Positions 51,704 to 60,615 of a stretch of DNA of 64,000 nt are shown piece by piece. The stretch lies in NCBI GenBank assembly GCA_042562495.1, contig JBHPMC010000003.1:20752-84751 (forward strand). Direction: 5' to 3'. The position numbers and the translations under genes are program-made. Positions within the stretch are counted from its first letter, which is position 1, and each line of letters begins with the position of its first letter. Under the pieces are notes generated by a model. That model saw nothing but the letters and a program-made list of their open reading frames with translations, searched no databases and had not been told where the DNA came from. The DNA is from Candidatus Margulisiibacteriota bacterium. Lineage in GTDB: Bacteria; Margulisbacteria; Termititenacia; CAZZFK01.

Positions 51704-52114
51704 ATGCAATACCTAGAAGCCCAGCAAGCCGATTGTGCAGAATTAAATGAAGTGATAATAAAATTGGATCTCTTATCTGATGAATCTATCTGTGAAAACA
51801 CTTTTTTAGCTAAAGATAAGGGGAGGATTGTAGGCCTGGCCCATATCCGCAAGATCGAAGGTTATTTAGAATTAACTCATGTAGGAGTACTTCCTGAATA
51901 TCGTAAGCAGGGGGTAGGGGGGGAATTAGTAAATAAATTAGTAGAAGCCAATTCTCAGGATATCTATCTAAATACTGTCGTACCGGAATTCTTTGAAAAA
52001 CTCGGTTTCGAGAAGACCAGGGATTTTCCAACTAGGTTCAAAAAATCAGAGAAATGGTGTGAAGGCTGTATTATCGAAAAGTGCACCGCTATGGTAAAAA
52101 GGAAGGCTGCATGA
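51704..52114 (+). CDS. GNAT family N-acetyltransferase
   Basis: Acetyl-CoA motif A VLPEYRKQGVGGELVNKL. ATG 51704 is preferred to the track TTG at 51692. Confidence 0.8.
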   Translation: MQYLEAQQADCAELNEVIIKLDLLSDESICENTFLAKDKGRIVGLAHIRKIEGYLELTHVGVLPEYRKQGVGGELVNKLVEANSQDIYLNTVVPEFFEKLGFEKTRDFPTRFKKSEKWCEGCIIEKCTAMVKRKAA

Positions 52115-53031
52115 GTATCCCAGTATTTCCAGAATTTCGGCAAATTACCAAAGAAGATAAGCAGGATATCGAACAGGTGCTTCTGGCCAATAATATTGAA
52201 ATTGCTGAGCTTACCTTCCCTAATATGTTTGCCTGGAGAGAATATGATCATCCGGAAGTTTCAATACTTAATGATAATTTACTGTTCTTATCTGCTCCCT
52301 GGAATGAACCTTCTTGTAGATTTATGATGCCCATTGGTACTAAGAACATCGTAGAAACAATTCGTTCTTGCTTGCAGTACCTTGTTCGGGAAAAAGAATG
52401 TAAGAAGCCGCATATAGCCAGACTGCCGGAGAATATCGTCAAAGAATATAAATTAGAAGAGCATTTTATTTGCGAGGCCGATCGGGATAATAGCGATTAT
52501 GTTTATCAAGTATCGGATCTGGCCGAGCTTAAAGGCAGAAAATACGATGGCAAGCGTAATCATATTAAGAAGGTAAAAGAAAGAGGGGATTATCAATATA
52601 AAGATCTGACAATTGAAGATATCGGCGGCTGTAAAAAAGTCCTGGCTGCCTGGGCGAAACACAAGTTTAAAAAAGAAGAAGTAGATAATCTGGAGACTTT
52701 GATCTTCGGAGAAAAAGCTCTTTATCAGTATTTAGATAATTTTGAATATTTAGGCTTATGCGGAGGAGTAATTGTAAAAGCTGATAAAGTAGTCGCCTTT
52801 ACTTTAGCCAGCCGTTTAAATAAAGATACGGCAGTGACCTATGCAGAGACCAGCTTGCCTGAAGAAAAAGGCTTGAACCAATTGCTCAATCAGGAATTTT
52901 GCCAGAAGGGCTTAAAAGAGTTTAAATATGTGAACCGCGAGCAAGACCTGGGTCATCCGGGCTTACGTAAAGCAAAGATGAGCTATCAACCTCATCATTT
53001 GGTTAATAAATATAATGTGAGACCTAAATGA
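52111..53031 (+). CDS. DUF2156 protein (MprF C-terminal / phosphatidylglycerol lysyltransferase-like acyltransferase fold)
   Basis: Start at MSIPVFPEF (ATGA overlap with the GNAT stop, AGGAAGG RBS). Motifs LTFPNMFAWREY, DYVYQVSDLAELKGRKYDGKRNHIKKV and NREQDLGHPGLRKAKMSYQPHHLVNKY fit the family pattern. Confidence 0.65.
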   Translation: MSIPVFPEFRQITKEDKQDIEQVLLANNIEIAELTFPNMFAWREYDHPEVSILNDNLLFLSAPWNEPSCRFMMPIGTKNIVETIRSCLQYLVREKECKKPHIARLPENIVKEYKLEEHFICEADRDNSDYVYQVSDLAELKGRKYDGKRNHIKKVKERGDYQYKDLTIEDIGGCKKVLAAWAKHKFKKEEVDNLETLIFGEKALYQYLDNFEYLGLCGGVIVKADKVVAFTLASRLNKDTAVTYAETSLPEEKGLNQLLNQEFCQKGLKEFKYVNREQDLGHPGLRKAKMSYQPHHLVNKYNVRPK

Positions 53032-53945
53032 AAAAAGACCTGATAAAAGTAAATAAGTTAGTTAAAAAATTCAATGAACTGACCGCAGTTGATGGGATCT
53101 CCTTTAGTGTCCATGAAGGCGAATGCCTAGGTATCTTAGGGCCTAATGGAGCAGGGAAGACAACAGCCGTTAAAGTGATCCAGTGTATATCACCTTTGAC
53201 CAGCGGTGAAGTAACGGTCCTGGGTATGCCGGCTAGCCTGGAAGAGCGGCGGATCAGGGCGATGCTTGGATTAGTGCCTCAGGAGAATGAGCTAGATCCG
53301 GATCTTTCTGTTTTTGATAACCTGCTATTGTTCTCCAGATATTTTGATATTCCAAAGAAGATCGCTAAAGAAAGAATAAATGAACTATTGGAATTCGTTT
53401 CATTAGGTGATAAGAAAAAGAAAAAAATTGAGGAATTGTCCGGCGGTATGAAGCGAAGATTATTGATCGCCAGGGGTTTGATCAACGACCCCAAGCTGAT
53501 GATCCTTGATGAGCCGACCACCGGTCTTGATCCCCAGGCACGTCACCTGGTCTGGCAGAGATTACGTTCACTCAAAGATAAAGGGGTGACGATGATCCTG
53601 AACACTCAATATATGGAAGAAGCTCAGCAGTTGTGCGACCGTTTATTGATCATGCATAAAGGAAAGATCTTAAAGAAGGGCAGTCCGGCCCAGCTGGTGA
53701 AAGAAGAGGTCGGCGAAGAAGTGATCGAAGTGCGTAATCATGGTTCGGAAAAAGATGTCTTAAAAATGATCGAAGGTATGAATTTCACTCATGAGATAGT
53801 CGGAGATACATTATATATTTATAGTGATCATTCAGCAGAAATAATGCCTAAAATAGTATGTGAAGAGCATTGTTCTATTCTGCGGCGCCCGGCAACGCTG
53901 GAGGATGTTTTCTTGAAATTAACCGGCAGAGGATTAACTGAATGA
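53028..53945 (+). CDS. ABC transporter ATP-binding protein (DrrA/NodI-like)
   Basis: Walker A GPNGAGKTT, signature LSGGMKRRL, Walker B LMILDEPTTGLD. ATGA overlap with the upstream gene. Confidence 0.9.
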   Translation: MKKDLIKVNKLVKKFNELTAVDGISFSVHEGECLGILGPNGAGKTTAVKVIQCISPLTSGEVTVLGMPASLEERRIRAMLGLVPQENELDPDLSVFDNLLLFSRYFDIPKKIAKERINELLEFVSLGDKKKKKIEELSGGMKRRLLIARGLINDPKLMILDEPTTGLDPQARHLVWQRLRSLKDKGVTMILNTQYMEEAQQLCDRLLIMHKGKILKKGSPAQLVKEEVGEEVIEVRNHGSEKDVLKMIEGMNFTHEIVGDTLYIYSDHSAEIMPKIVCEEHCSILRRPATLEDVFLKLTGRGLTE

Positions 53946-53974
53946 GTCAGCTTAGGGAAATCTGTGTTAATAAA

Positions 53975-54007
53975 AGAGACTCTTCGCTACGCTCAGCGTG
54001 ACAAGTG
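53975..54007 (+). repeat. Dispersed ~33-nt intergenic element, copy A (between the ABC ATPase and permease genes)
   Basis: AGAGACTCTTCGCTACGCTCAGCGTGACAAGTG. Compare copy B at 61395..61428. Confidence 0.7.
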
Positions 54008-54021
54008 GGAGTAAATAAGTC

Positions 54022-54798
54022 ATGTTTAAATTATTAAGTAATCTAAGCTACCGAGCTTATTATGTATGGTTGAGGAATCTTATTTCCTACCGTAGATATG
54101 TCGTGGTCACTTTCGTGGCCAGTCTGGGCGAGCCATTGTTATACCTGGTCGCCATGGGCATTGGCTTGGGATCATACATGGGCCTGATCAACGGAATGCC
54201 GTATTTAAATTTTATTGCCCCGGGATTATTAATATCTGCCGCTATGTTCTCCGCAGTATATGAATGTACTTTTTCATCCATGGTCCGTATGAAGATGGAA
54301 AAAGTTTTTAATGAGCAGATCGTTACACCTGTTTCTGTTGAAGATGTCATTGCTGGAGAGATCTTGTGGGGAATGACCAGAGCAGTAATGAGCGGGATGA
54401 TCATGTTCTTTGCTTTGCTATTGTTCGGATTAATATCTTTTAAAGTCTTGATACCGATGTTCTTATTGTGGTTATCCGTTGGCTATTTGTTCTCAGCCAT
54501 GTCCATGGTGGTAACTGCTTTTGCTCCCAGTTTTGATTTTTTTACATACTATTTAGGATTATTCATAACACCGATGTTCTTTTTTTCGGGGATCTTCTTT
54601 CCTTTAGATAAATTCCCGGAAGTTGTACAGACCATAGCCTTGTTCCTTCCTTTATATCATGCAGTAGCCATATCCCGCGCCTTTATCCATGGGCCGGTCT
54701 CTACTAATATTTTGTTTAATTTTCTGGCTTTGTTGATACCGGGATCCATATTCTTTGTCTGGGCACTTTATCAGATGAAAAAAAGATTAATTAAGTGA
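54022..54798 (+). CDS. ABC-2 type transporter permease (DrrB/NodJ-like)
   Basis: 258 aa with about six hydrophobic spans. Follows the ABC ATPase gene. Confidence 0.75.
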   Translation: MFKLLSNLSYRAYYVWLRNLISYRRYVVVTFVASLGEPLLYLVAMGIGLGSYMGLINGMPYLNFIAPGLLISAAMFSAVYECTFSSMVRMKMEKVFNEQIVTPVSVEDVIAGEILWGMTRAVMSGMIMFFALLLFGLISFKVLIPMFLLWLSVGYLFSAMSMVVTAFAPSFDFFTYYLGLFITPMFFFSGIFFPLDKFPEVVQTIALFLPLYHAVAISRAFIHGPVSTNILFNFLALLIPGSIFFVWALYQMKKRLIK

Positions 54799-54808
54799 TC
54801 TTTTCTCA

Positions 54809-54995
54809 CTTTCTTTGCTTGCCCAAAGAAAGTAAGCAAAGAAAGGGCCCAAAGGGGCAAGCCCCTTAGCACCCCTACGCTTTAACCCTGCCTTCGCCGA
54901 AGCGAAGCTTCTGGCTTCGCGCAGGCAGGTCGCTCCAGTCACTGCGTTTTATGGAGCTCAGACAGCTCGCTAATAAGGTATCCCGCTGCGCGGGA
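54809..54995 (+). repeat. Hairpin-dense, GC-enriched intergenic block upstream of lpxB
   Basis: A perfect 12-bp inverted repeat CTTTCTTTGCTT (54809..54820) / AAGCAAAGAAAG (54834..54845). AAGGGG-caag-CCCCTT at 54852..54867. A compound hairpin at 54887..54929 (CCTGCCT...GCGAAGC-ttctg-GCTTCGC...AGGCAGG). TCCCGC-tgc-GCGGGA at 54981..54995. Confidence 0.7.
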
Positions 54996-55040
54996 TGATC
55001 TTATGTAGGCAAAAACGCTTCTCATTGTTAAAATACATTT

Positions 55041-56177
55041 ATGTCCAAGAAAGTAATGGTTTCAGCGATCGAGGTTTCGGCAGATTTTCATCTGGCACAT
55101 CTTATCAAAGCGGTAAAAGCCAAGAGTTCGGATATAGAGTTCTTTGGGCTGGCCGGGCATAATTGTGCGGAGCAGGGCGTGGATATCACCGCAGATGTTA
55201 CCGGCAAGGGGACGATCGGCTTTATTGAACCTTTAAAACATATTCCTGCACTTCTTTATAATCTCTGGCAGGCCAAGAAGTTGCTTTCAGAAAGAAAGCC
55301 GGATCTATTGATCGTTGTCGACGGGCAGGGATTTAACATGCCCCTGGCCGAGACAGCCAAGAACCTGGATATTCCCGTCGTTTATTATATCCCTCCTCAA
55401 GAATGGCAGTGGGGCACTGAGGCCGGCGGAAAAAGGGTCTTGCAGGTCGTTGATATGATCCTGACCTTATTTAAAGATGCGGCTGATTTTTATAATCGTT
55501 TAGGAGGCAACGCTCATTGGAGCGGGCATCCTTTATTAGATATTGTTAAACCAAAGTTAAGCAAAGCAGAGTTCTTTAAGCAAAATAACCTAGATCCCAA
55601 TAAAAAGCTCGTTGGATTTTTCCCGGGCAGCCGTAAACAGGAATTAAAATATTTATTGCCGGTCATGGTTAAAATGGTCGGGTTATTAAAGAAGGAGCAG
55701 CCGGACCTGCAATTCGTTTTTTCTTCGGCCACTCCGTATTGTCATCAGCGGATCGATAAGCTGATCAAGGATATCCCGGTCCTGGAGGCTTGGAATTATG
55801 ACATCATGGCCTATTGCGATCTGATGGTCACTTCCACCGGTACAGCAACCCTGGAAGGGGCATGTCTACTTAAACCAATGATAGCGATCTATAAATTTTC
55901 CCAGCTATCTTATTTGTTGATAAAAAAGTTGGTCGGGAAGAAGATCCCTAAATATGCGGCACTTCCGAACATCTGGCTGGATAAGATGGCTGTACCGGAA
56001 TTCGTACAAAAAGGCGTAAATCCTCGTAGTTTGGCAGATGATGCCTTGAAGATCATTAATGATCCTGCCTTGATGTCTTCAATAATAAGTGATCTTACGA
56101 AATTAGATAAAGTATTGGGGCAGCCCGGAGCTTTGAGCAAGAACGCAGATATCCTGCTGAACTTTCTGAATAAATAG
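55041..56177 (+). CDS. lpxB: Lipid-A-disaccharide synthase
   Basis: N-terminal VSAIEVSADFHLAHLIKAVK and FFPGSRKQELKYLLP motifs with GT19 length. Confidence 0.8.
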   Translation: MSKKVMVSAIEVSADFHLAHLIKAVKAKSSDIEFFGLAGHNCAEQGVDITADVTGKGTIGFIEPLKHIPALLYNLWQAKKLLSERKPDLLIVVDGQGFNMPLAETAKNLDIPVVYYIPPQEWQWGTEAGGKRVLQVVDMILTLFKDAADFYNRLGGNAHWSGHPLLDIVKPKLSKAEFFKQNNLDPNKKLVGFFPGSRKQELKYLLPVMVKMVGLLKKEQPDLQFVFSSATPYCHQRIDKLIKDIPVLEAWNYDIMAYCDLMVTSTGTATLEGACLLKPMIAIYKFSQLSYLLIKKLVGKKIPKYAALPNIWLDKMAVPEFVQKGVNPRSLADDALKIINDPALMSSIISDLTKLDKVLGQPGALSKNADILLNFLNK

Positions 56178-56218
56178 TATTTGCTGCAATAATCAAGGAC
56201 TCCCTTCGATATACTTAT

Positions 56219-56881
56219 ATGGAAGCAAAGATAATATCTCTGCCATATATCAGTAGATTGAAGCATACGATCGAATTGCTCGATCTTGATATTAACAGAG
56301 CAAAGGAACAGGGTTCATTTAAGCAACCTGATAAAAGATTATGGATGAAGACTTCATATGGTATAGGCTTAAGATCCCCGCTGAATAATCTGTGGCAATT
56401 CCTTGCCCGCTTAGATTCCAGGATAGGTTCTTTAAATATATTAAAGATCTTCGATGTTGGCAGTTTCTTGGGTGATACCGGCGCGCTATTTTCAAGATTA
56501 TTTAAAGAAGTTTCTCTTATTGAAGGGGATAGTAAAATGATGGGAATATCAAAAAAAAGATTAAAGCTTCTGCAAAGCAGTGGCCTGGTCGATCTTGCTA
56601 AGATACGTTTCCAGGAGGGTGATTGTTTATCAGAAGATGTAAAATTTAAAGGTGCGGATATTATTTATAATTATTGTGATAAGTGTGATACTGATGTTGA
56701 GCACGTTACTCCTTTTTATACTAAGCTTACGGAAAAGATCATTGCAGAAGCAAACCAAGGTGTGTTCTTGATAACTCTAAATGCCAGCGATACTTCAGGT
56801 ATACAAAAACATATGCGAAATGTACCTAGCCTAAATAAGCTAATTGGAACGAGTGAATTCCTGGTCTTTCAAAGAAGATAA
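56219..56881 (+). CDS. Hypothetical protein, possible Rossmann-fold methyltransferase-like
   Basis: A degenerate motif I IFDVGSFLGDTG, followed by LIEGD and DIIYNY. A weak call. Confidence 0.35.
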   Translation: MEAKIISLPYISRLKHTIELLDLDINRAKEQGSFKQPDKRLWMKTSYGIGLRSPLNNLWQFLARLDSRIGSLNILKIFDVGSFLGDTGALFSRLFKEVSLIEGDSKMMGISKKRLKLLQSSGLVDLAKIRFQEGDCLSEDVKFKGADIIYNYCDKCDTDVEHVTPFYTKLTEKIIAEANQGVFLITLNASDTSGIQKHMRNVPSLNKLIGTSEFLVFQRR

Positions 56882-56884
56882 TAC

Positions 56885-58594
56885 TTAGGTCTTTAATATC
56901 TCTTCGGCATGTTTCATTGTGGCAGCCGAAGATGTGCCAGATAGCATGCGCGAGATCTCTTCTTTTCTATCCTCCGGATCCTTCAGTTTTATAATACCGA
57001 CTACTGTGCGCATACCGTCGAAATGTTTTTCCACGACCAGATGATTCTTGGCAAGAGATGCGATCTGCGGCAGATGAGTGACACAGATTATCTGTCTTTT
57101 TTTAGCAAGATCCGCCAGCTTTTCAGCGACTGCTTTTGCCGTACGCCCGCCGATACCGGTATCGATCTCATCGAATACCATACAGGGGATCGGATCAGCA
57201 TCAGCTAAGACCGATTTTAAGGCAAGCATTATCCTGGATACTTCCCCTCCGGAGGCGATCTTAGCCAAAGGCTTGGGTGGTTCGCCGGGATTGGCCGAGA
57301 TAAGGAACTCTACCTGATCTATGCCGGTCGGGAAGGCCTTGAACCAGTTGCTGAGCACCGGGACACCTTCGGCTTTATCTTCGAATTGTTTAAGCTGTAC
57401 GCGGAAGATCGAGTTCTGCATGTTCAGATCATCTAGATTCTTTACTATCTGTTTTTCAATATTTTTGGCAACTGCTAATCTTTTCATGGAAAGCTCCATG
57501 CAGATCTTACCCAGGACCTCTCTTTGGTGCTTAATATCATTTTCGAGCTTTGAAGTATCTTGATCGAAGTTCAAAAGATCGGCATACTGCTGCTCCATTT
57601 GCTTTTTCTTTTCCAGGATCAAGGCCACGATATCTCCCAAAGGTTCAGTGCCGAGCTTAAAATGTTTGCGCTTCATACTGCGGATGAAATCCAGACGTTC
57701 GGTCACTTCATTGAGGCGATCGGAATTAACAGAGATCTGCTGTTGATAATCCCTGATGTACTCTGCGGTATCTTCAACGGAATAAAAAGTATTATCCAGC
57801 TCATCGCTTTTCTGGGCCAGGGAGCTATCGAGCTCGGCCATTTCCTTTAAAGAGGCCTGAGCCGTACGCAAAAAATTCTCCAGTTGATCTAGTGAAGCCG
57901 AAGCCTGCTTGCCTTTAGCTGCCAATTTGGCAGCATTTTTTAATATTTTTTGCTCTGAGGACAAGGCTTCCATTTCTCCGGGCTGTAAATTGGCGGAATC
58001 TATCTCGACGATCTGAAATTTCAAAAAATCCTTTTCTTTTTCCCTAATATCAGCGCTGGATCTTAAACGATTGAACTCGCTTAAGAATTTCTGCAGATAA
58101 TTATATTCTTCAAAAGCTTTGCGACGCAGGCTCAATATTTCTTTGCCGCCGAAAGAATCCAGGATATTAATATGTTCTTCGACATTGAGCAGGGATTGAT
58201 GCTGGTGTTGACCGTGGATATCAAAGAGCAGGGTGCTGATCTGGCGCAGAACACCTTGAGCTATCGTCCTGTTATTTACACGGGCCACACTTTTCCCGGG
58301 GCTAAGCTCTCTGGAAATTATCAGTTCGCTCTCTGGTTCCAGCCCCAAGTTCTTTAAGCGCTTGGCTAATCTTGGATTATCTTTTAAAGAAAAGACAGCT
58401 TCTACAAAGGCACGTTCGGAGCCGGTCTTGATCAGTTCGGTAGAAGCTCTTTCGCCGAGGATCATATTGATGGCATCAATGATTATTGATTTGCCCGCCC
58501 CGGTCTCGCCGGTCAAGACATTGAACCCGCTTTCTAGCTCTAAGGAAAGTTTTTCTATTAAGGCGAAGTTCTCAATATAGACAGAAACTAGCAT
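56885..58594 (-). CDS. recN: DNA repair protein RecN
   Basis: MLVSVYIENFALIEKLSLELESGFNVLTGETGAGKSIIIDAI N-terminus, a long coiled-coil middle, and C-terminal SGGEVSRIMLALK...MVFDEIDTGIGG. Confidence 0.9.
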   Translation of the reverse strand: MLVSVYIENFALIEKLSLELESGFNVLTGETGAGKSIIIDAINMILGERASTELIKTGSERAFVEAVFSLKDNPRLAKRLKNLGLEPESELIISRELSPGKSVARVNNRTIAQGVLRQISTLLFDIHGQHQHQSLLNVEEHINILDSFGGKEILSLRRKAFEEYNYLQKFLSEFNRLRSSADIREKEKDFLKFQIVEIDSANLQPGEMEALSSEQKILKNAAKLAAKGKQASASLDQLENFLRTAQASLKEMAELDSSLAQKSDELDNTFYSVEDTAEYIRDYQQQISVNSDRLNEVTERLDFIRSMKRKHFKLGTEPLGDIVALILEKKKQMEQQYADLLNFDQDTSKLENDIKHQREVLGKICMELSMKRLAVAKNIEKQIVKNLDDLNMQNSIFRVQLKQFEDKAEGVPVLSNWFKAFPTGIDQVEFLISANPGEPPKPLAKIASGGEVSRIMLALKSVLADADPIPCMVFDEIDTGIGGRTAKAVAEKLADLAKKRQIICVTHLPQIASLAKNHLVVEKHFDGMRTVVGIIKLKDPEDRKEEISRMLSGTSSAATMKHAEEILKT

Positions 58595-58618
58595 TTTGGG
58601 CCATTCTCGCTTTACCCT

Positions 58619-59422
58619 TTAGCTGGGCGCGGCAGATAATTTTTGTTTTAAAAGCTTTTTAAAATTATAGTGTTTAAAACGTATAAAATCTACTTTTTTT
58701 TGTTCACATTTGATAGTGATCTCATCTTCGGTCTTAAGTGAAAAATGTTTTTGTCCGTCCATGGTCAGCAGCATCGATTGTTTTTTTGGAAAATGGATCT
58801 TGAGCATGATCTTTTTTTGTGGGTTGATCAGCTGAGAGCGCCATTTTATCTGATGCGGACAGATCGGAGTGATGATCAATTGCTTTTTTTGCGGAGCAAG
58901 GATCGGGCCGCCGGCAGAAAGATTATAGGCGGTCGAGCCTGTGGCAGTAGAGACGATAACTCCATCAGCACGGTAAGAAGCAGTTTTCTTATTATCAACA
59001 TAAGTATCAATACCTACCAGCCGTGCAATTTTAGAGCTGCTGACAACAGCATCGTTTAATCCGTAGGCTTGCTTTGCTTTTCTTTGGTGACGAAAGATCG
59101 TGGCGCAGATCATTTTGCGCGAATCCAGATTGTATCTGCCCTGAAGGGCTCTTTCAACCCCTTTTATCACATCTTTTTCGCTTAGTTCTGATAAAAAACC
59201 GATCTTGCCCAAACATACTGAAAGTATAGGCAGGTTATGGTTTATTGCTCTATCTACAGCGTTCAACACGGTTCCGTCACCACCCATGGTCAATAGAAAA
59301 GCAGCCTTGGGGGAGCGTGATGATACTATTTGATAGCCGTTCTCTTTTAATAGCTTGATAATGTTCTTCGCTTTAGCTTTGATGCTCTTTTTCTTATTGT
59401 AGAAAACTGCAAAAGCGGGCAT
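58619..59422 (-). CDS. nadK: NAD(+) kinase
   Basis: GGDGTVLNA, NDAVV and DGVIVSTATGSTAYNLSAGGPIL motifs. Confidence 0.85.
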   Translation of the reverse strand: MPAFAVFYNKKKSIKAKAKNIIKLLKENGYQIVSSRSPKAAFLLTMGGDGTVLNAVDRAINHNLPILSVCLGKIGFLSELSEKDVIKGVERALQGRYNLDSRKMICATIFRHQRKAKQAYGLNDAVVSSSKIARLVGIDTYVDNKKTASYRADGVIVSTATGSTAYNLSAGGPILAPQKKQLIITPICPHQIKWRSQLINPQKKIMLKIHFPKKQSMLLTMDGQKHFSLKTEDEITIKCEQKKVDFIRFKHYNFKKLLKQKLSAAPS

Positions 59423-59431
59423 CTGTTCTCC

Positions 59432-59884
59432 TTAAATAACGAATTCAACAGTGTGAATTTGCTGTGAGGACATATCTACCAGCAGCACACCATCTGGTTT
59501 ATATGTTACATAATATTCTAAGAGCTGTCGACGTGTAGTCGCGGTGCGAATGTTCGGTGCATTTTGCCCGGTCTTAACTTCTGCCACAAAAGTTTGTTCA
59601 TCTTTTTGTACAATTAGGTCCGCAATGATGTCTGTTTCCCAGGGATCCCCGTCAAAAAGCAGTTTCAAAGGAAAGCGTGCTTGTCTATCAACGATCGTAT
59701 AGCCATGATCGATCAATAATTGTTCGGCAGCGCTTTCTCCAAGCTTTGCGTTGGCATGTTGGTTCTGGATCTTACGCCGGAACCACAATTTGCGCAGCTG
59801 CCAGAGCAGGAAGATACCGATAAGGATACCTATGATAAGGACGAGTACTAAGAGCAGGAAAGTTTCTTTGTTCAATTCGATCAT
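59432..59884 (-). CDS. Membrane-anchored protein with PD-(D/E)xK (YraN-like) nuclease-fold motifs
   Basis: N-terminal TM helix FLLLVLVLIIGILIGIFLLW, then GESAAEQLLIDHGYTIV ... DIIADLIV ... FVAEVKTG ... RRQLLEY, which fits an E-D-ExK-Q pattern. Confidence 0.45.
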   Translation of the reverse strand: MIELNKETFLLLVLVLIIGILIGIFLLWQLRKLWFRRKIQNQHANAKLGESAAEQLLIDHGYTIVDRQARFPLKLLFDGDPWETDIIADLIVQKDEQTFVAEVKTGQNAPNIRTATTRRQLLEYYVTYKPDGVLLVDMSSQQIHTVEFVI

Positions 59885-60615
59885 TTTTTAAGGTGAATAA
59901 AAAATTCTTTATTGCCGTCCTTGCCAGTTATCGGAGAAGTGCAGGTGTCGAGGATAGTAAAGCCCAGATCTGCTGCGGCCTTGGTAATATCGCCTAGGAC
60001 CTGTTGCTGGACCAAAGGATCATTGATCAGGCCGCCTTTTTCGACCTGTTCTTTGCCGGCTTCGAACTGCGGTTTAACAAGAGAAATTATATCTGCTCCG
60101 GAGCTTAAGATATTTTTCAAGGCAGGCAGGATCTTGGTTATAGAAATAAAAGAGACATCCATTACCACAAGATCGGGTGTAGATTTAAGATCCTCTGGCT
60201 TAAGATCTCGGGCATTATACTTTTCAATGACGGTCACACGGGGATCTTTTCTAAGTTTATAATCGATCTGGTTATGGCCAACATCCAGAGCAATAACATG
60301 TTTGGCGCCTTTTTGGAGCAAGCAATCAGTAAAACCTCCCGTAGAAGCACCTACATCCAATACTACTTTATCTTTGGGATCATATTTGAATTCTTTTAAA
60401 GCGCCTTCGAGCTTTAAGCCGCCTCGCGAGACATAGGGATTGTTATCGCCCAGGATGCGGATAATGCCGTCGATCGGCACGGAAGTCCCGGGTTTATCGA
60501 TCTTTTTTTCATTGACCAACACGTTGCCGGACATGATAAGAGCCTGGGCTTTATTGCGTGATTCAGCCAGGCCTTTTTCTGTTAAAAGAACATCTAAGCG
60601 TGCTTTTTTGTTCAT
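59881..60615 (-). CDS. tlyA: TlyA-family 16S/23S rRNA (cytidine-2'-O)-methyltransferase
   Basis: S4 domain RLDVLLTEKGLAESRNKAQALIMSGNVLVN and SAM motif LDVGASTGGFTDCLLQKGA. Confidence 0.85.
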   Translation of the reverse strand: MNKKARLDVLLTEKGLAESRNKAQALIMSGNVLVNEKKIDKPGTSVPIDGIIRILGDNNPYVSRGGLKLEGALKEFKYDPKDKVVLDVGASTGGFTDCLLQKGAKHVIALDVGHNQIDYKLRKDPRVTVIEKYNARDLKPEDLKSTPDLVVMDVSFISITKILPALKNILSSGADIISLVKPQFEAGKEQVEKGGLINDPLVQQQVLGDITKAAADLGFTILDTCTSPITGKDGNKEFFIHLKK

